Part shown: positions 27,137 through 29,483 of the stretch, piece after piece
Layout: the number at the start of each line of letters is the position of its first letter
Numbering within the stretch: position 1 is the stretch's first letter
NCBI GenBank assembly: GCA_023231475.1
Contig: JALJEE010001503.1
Coordinates: 62,001-91,483, forward strand
Direction: 5' to 3'
DNA length: 29,483 nucleotides
Source of the DNA: Seison nebaliae
Lineage: Eukaryota
Made by a program: the position numbers and the translations under genes
The notes under the pieces: model-generated
What the model was told of the DNA's origin: nothing
The model's input: only the letters and a program-made list of their open reading frames with translations
Databases searched by the model: none

Positions 27137-28552
27137 TTACTTCAATTTTGAAGTATTTTCGATGAATAATTTTTGGTACTCGTTTGGAGAATTGACTGGG
27201 AGTTTTTCTTTCGTTTCAATTTCCAAATATCGTTGACATGCCATTTGGCAGTGATGCTTCGTTCCTAAAGTAGTCATTACTTCTTCGATATCAGTCAATT
27301 GTGAATTTGGGTTATATTTAAATAACATTTGTCTTAGTCGATCATCCTGTTCGGTTGCGAAAGGACAACCGTGAACTGTATCTTGATTGTTCACGTTATT
27401 CTCTTGAGTAATCAATTGGAGACATGTATATCCATTTCTAGTTTGTTTCTTTCCTTCCAATCCATAAACATGTCGAATACTGTATTCATATTTTGCAGAG
27501 AAAGTTTTCGAATCCATTTTCCCATTTTTACAAAATTCTCGTCTCCAATAATTCGTTGTTTCATGAACTCGCATTGAACATCCGTAAAGAAAACGAACAT
27601 ATTCTAAACGAGAAGAATATTTTAAAATATTCTTCTCTCTCAAATGTTCATAATGACGTCGCATACATGGGGGAAATGATCGTGCCATCATGTCGATATT
27701 ATTCGCAGTTATTTCATTTGTTAAATCGGAATTATTTCCAATTTGCATTGGCAACATCGTTCCATCGTTCTTCAGAAATTTCAATAATAATTCAAATTCA
27801 TTCGAAATTTCCATGTGAGATCGTTTCAAAATTAATTCTGTCATTTTTCTGTAAAAGAAAATTCTGTAAATTCCACCCATAATCGGGAGGAATTGCGACA
27901 TATTTCCATAGAAATGATTTTCGATTTGAATCAATCGATGTTTCTGCATCAGTTGAGGGAAATTTTGCCATTCAACTCGAATCAGATGTGGAACGTCGTC
28001 ACTTATCGTTTCACTTAAAATTGATTTCTGATTTTCATATTTTTCTTTAATTTTATTCATTATTTGGAATTCTTCTTTCGCTTTCAACAATTCTACACAA
28101 CGACCGGAATCGTTCGATTTAAGAAATCGAAATTTTTCTATCGATTTTGTCGGCCCATGAAGGAATAATCGAAACAAGAATAATTTCACTTCATTACTAA
28201 TCAACCAGTGACGTCTGTCTTCATTGTCTTGATGAACTAATAGAAGTAAATAGAATGTTATAGTGTCATAATCTTCAAACACCGTTTTCTCAGACATTCC
28301 ATTCATTATATTATAAAACGGAAGTTTCTTCGTAATCTCATCAACTTCACAAAAATATTCTTTACTAAACAGTGTGGTCGTTGGACTAATATCGTCAAAC
28401 TTTTGTAACATTCTCAATCTTTCCAATCCAGATTCCCCTAAAACATCCATTGGCAACTGCAGAGACTTTGGTAATTCATTATAAATTTTCGGGGCGAATG
28501 TTCTCTTTTTTATTTTCAGTGAAGTAGGAAGCTCTTGTTTGACGAATTCCAT
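27137..28552 (-). CDS. PRIM2: DNA primase large subunit (p58), divergent, single exon, 471 aa
   Basis: C-terminal 4Fe-4S domain with four Cys (SFPPCM, YTCLQLI, HGCPF, QMACQRY), plus YEYSIRHVYGLEGK and terminal NSPNEY. The N-terminal half has the ERLRML and WLISNEVKLFLFR segments. Confidence 0.9.
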   Translation of the reverse strand: MEFVKQELPTSLKIKKRTFAPKIYNELPKSLQLPMDVLGESGLERLRMLQKFDDISPTTTLFSKEYFCEVDEITKKLPFYNIMNGMSEKTVFEDYDTITFYLLLLVHQDNEDRRHWLISNEVKLFLFRLFLHGPTKSIEKFRFLKSNDSGRCVELLKAKEEFQIMNKIKEKYENQKSILSETISDDVPHLIRVEWQNFPQLMQKHRLIQIENHFYGNMSQFLPIMGGIYRIFFYRKMTELILKRSHMEISNEFELLLKFLKNDGTMLPMQIGNNSDLTNEITANNIDMMARSFPPCMRRHYEHLREKNILKYSSRLEYVRFLYGCSMRVHETTNYWRREFCKNGKMDSKTFSAKYEYSIRHVYGLEGKKQTRNGYTCLQLITQENNVNNQDTVHGCPFATEQDDRLRQMLFKYNPNSQLTDIEEVMTTLGTKHHCQMACQRYLEIETKEKLPVNSPNEYQKLFIENTSKLK

Positions 28553-29178
28553 TATAATTTACTTAAATTGACAATATTTGACAAACTGACAAGTAGAAAT
28601 CCAAATAAATTCTTCTCAGCTTAAGTTGAAAATTTTACTTATCCATCAGTCTTATTCTTTCGATTTAGTTCCAAATTTAGGATATTCCCAAAAATGACTT
28701 TTTTATTATTAATTTTCCTTTACAACTGCAGAGCAATATAAGGAATGTCGCCTAGTTTACGACGAAGATATCCTATTTTCGAGCAAAAATTAGATTAGTC
28801 AAGTCATGACTCATATATTACTTATTTTATCAACTAATTTCTGATAAAGCCAGATGACTTAAAAATGCGATAAGACAGTGTCTCTCACATTATGAAAGTT
28901 AAACTAACGTTAAACTAATCTAACATTTGAAATTATAAAAATATTCTTCTCTGATCAGTTCTTCCTATTGAGAATAAAATATTTTCTTTTTTAAATTTTC
29001 TCATCAAATAAAAAAATTAGTAGCCATTTTATACATAAGTAAATGTCCCTGGTCTTTATTATTATATTAATTGAAAGTAAATTTGTCAATTTCCACTTTG
29101 CTCTTGCGTAATATCTGAATTCATACTTTATTCATTATATAACTATTTGAACTAATTATTTCATGTTCGCCGAGTTAG

Positions 29179-29483
29179 ATGGTTACTTCATTTCATGCGA
29201 ATTTACAACCATTTCTGTTAATATCGGATAAGCCAGAAAAACCATCTACGTTATCGAACTATTTTTACCTATCCTGTAAGCATTTGAACGTCTTGACAAC
29301 GTTTTTTTGATGTATATAAACATTAAAAAAACCTTCAAATTCGAACAGGGTGAATTATTTCGAACAATTATTCCATGACCATTTCCAACAATTTGTCGTA
29401 AGTTTTTCTTCTAATTAAACATCTAAATATTTAAATCAGTGCATTTATTTGGGCACGGATGCCCAAAATAAAATAATTTCCTT
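29179..29483 (+). CDS. Possible unrecognised spliced gene running off the right edge
   Basis: Exons 29179-29300, 29349-29397 and 29440-29483 stay open across a 48-nt GTT...CAG and a 42-nt GTAAGT...CAG intron. No homology was recognised. Confidence 0.3.

Noticed and set aside
18076..28570. Spliced-leader trans-splicing suggested by AG sites just before several ATGs
   Set aside because: The pattern is not consistent across genes, and a cis donor exists for calcineurin B. It cannot be decided from DNA.

Overview
AT-rich, gene-dense eukaryotic DNA that looks like a compact invertebrate genome; the species cannot be identified from the window. Nine recognisable protein-coding genes: the 5' part of an SLC17/sialin-type transporter (-), importin-5 (-), Tip60/KAT5 (+), a six-repeat gelsolin/villin-family gene (+), RalGPS (-), calcineurin B (-), LRRCC1 (-), a DCAF6-like WD40 protein (-) and DNA primase large subunit (-). 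A possible tenth gene starts at the right edge. I reconstructed 27 coding introns by hand from reading frame and conserved motifs. The most unusual signal is their splice code: 25 of 27 donors start GTT rather than GT[A/G], and the exon usually ends in A. A G at -1 occurs only where the protein forces it. G at +5 is present in only 8 of 27, 6 of 27 acceptors are AAG, and 23 of 27 introns are 44-64 nt. This fits standard U1 snRNA pairing poorly and suggests altered donor recognition. All intron calls are DNA-based predictions without RNA support. No prokaryotic features, CRISPR arrays, tRNA/rRNA or intact transposons were recognised.
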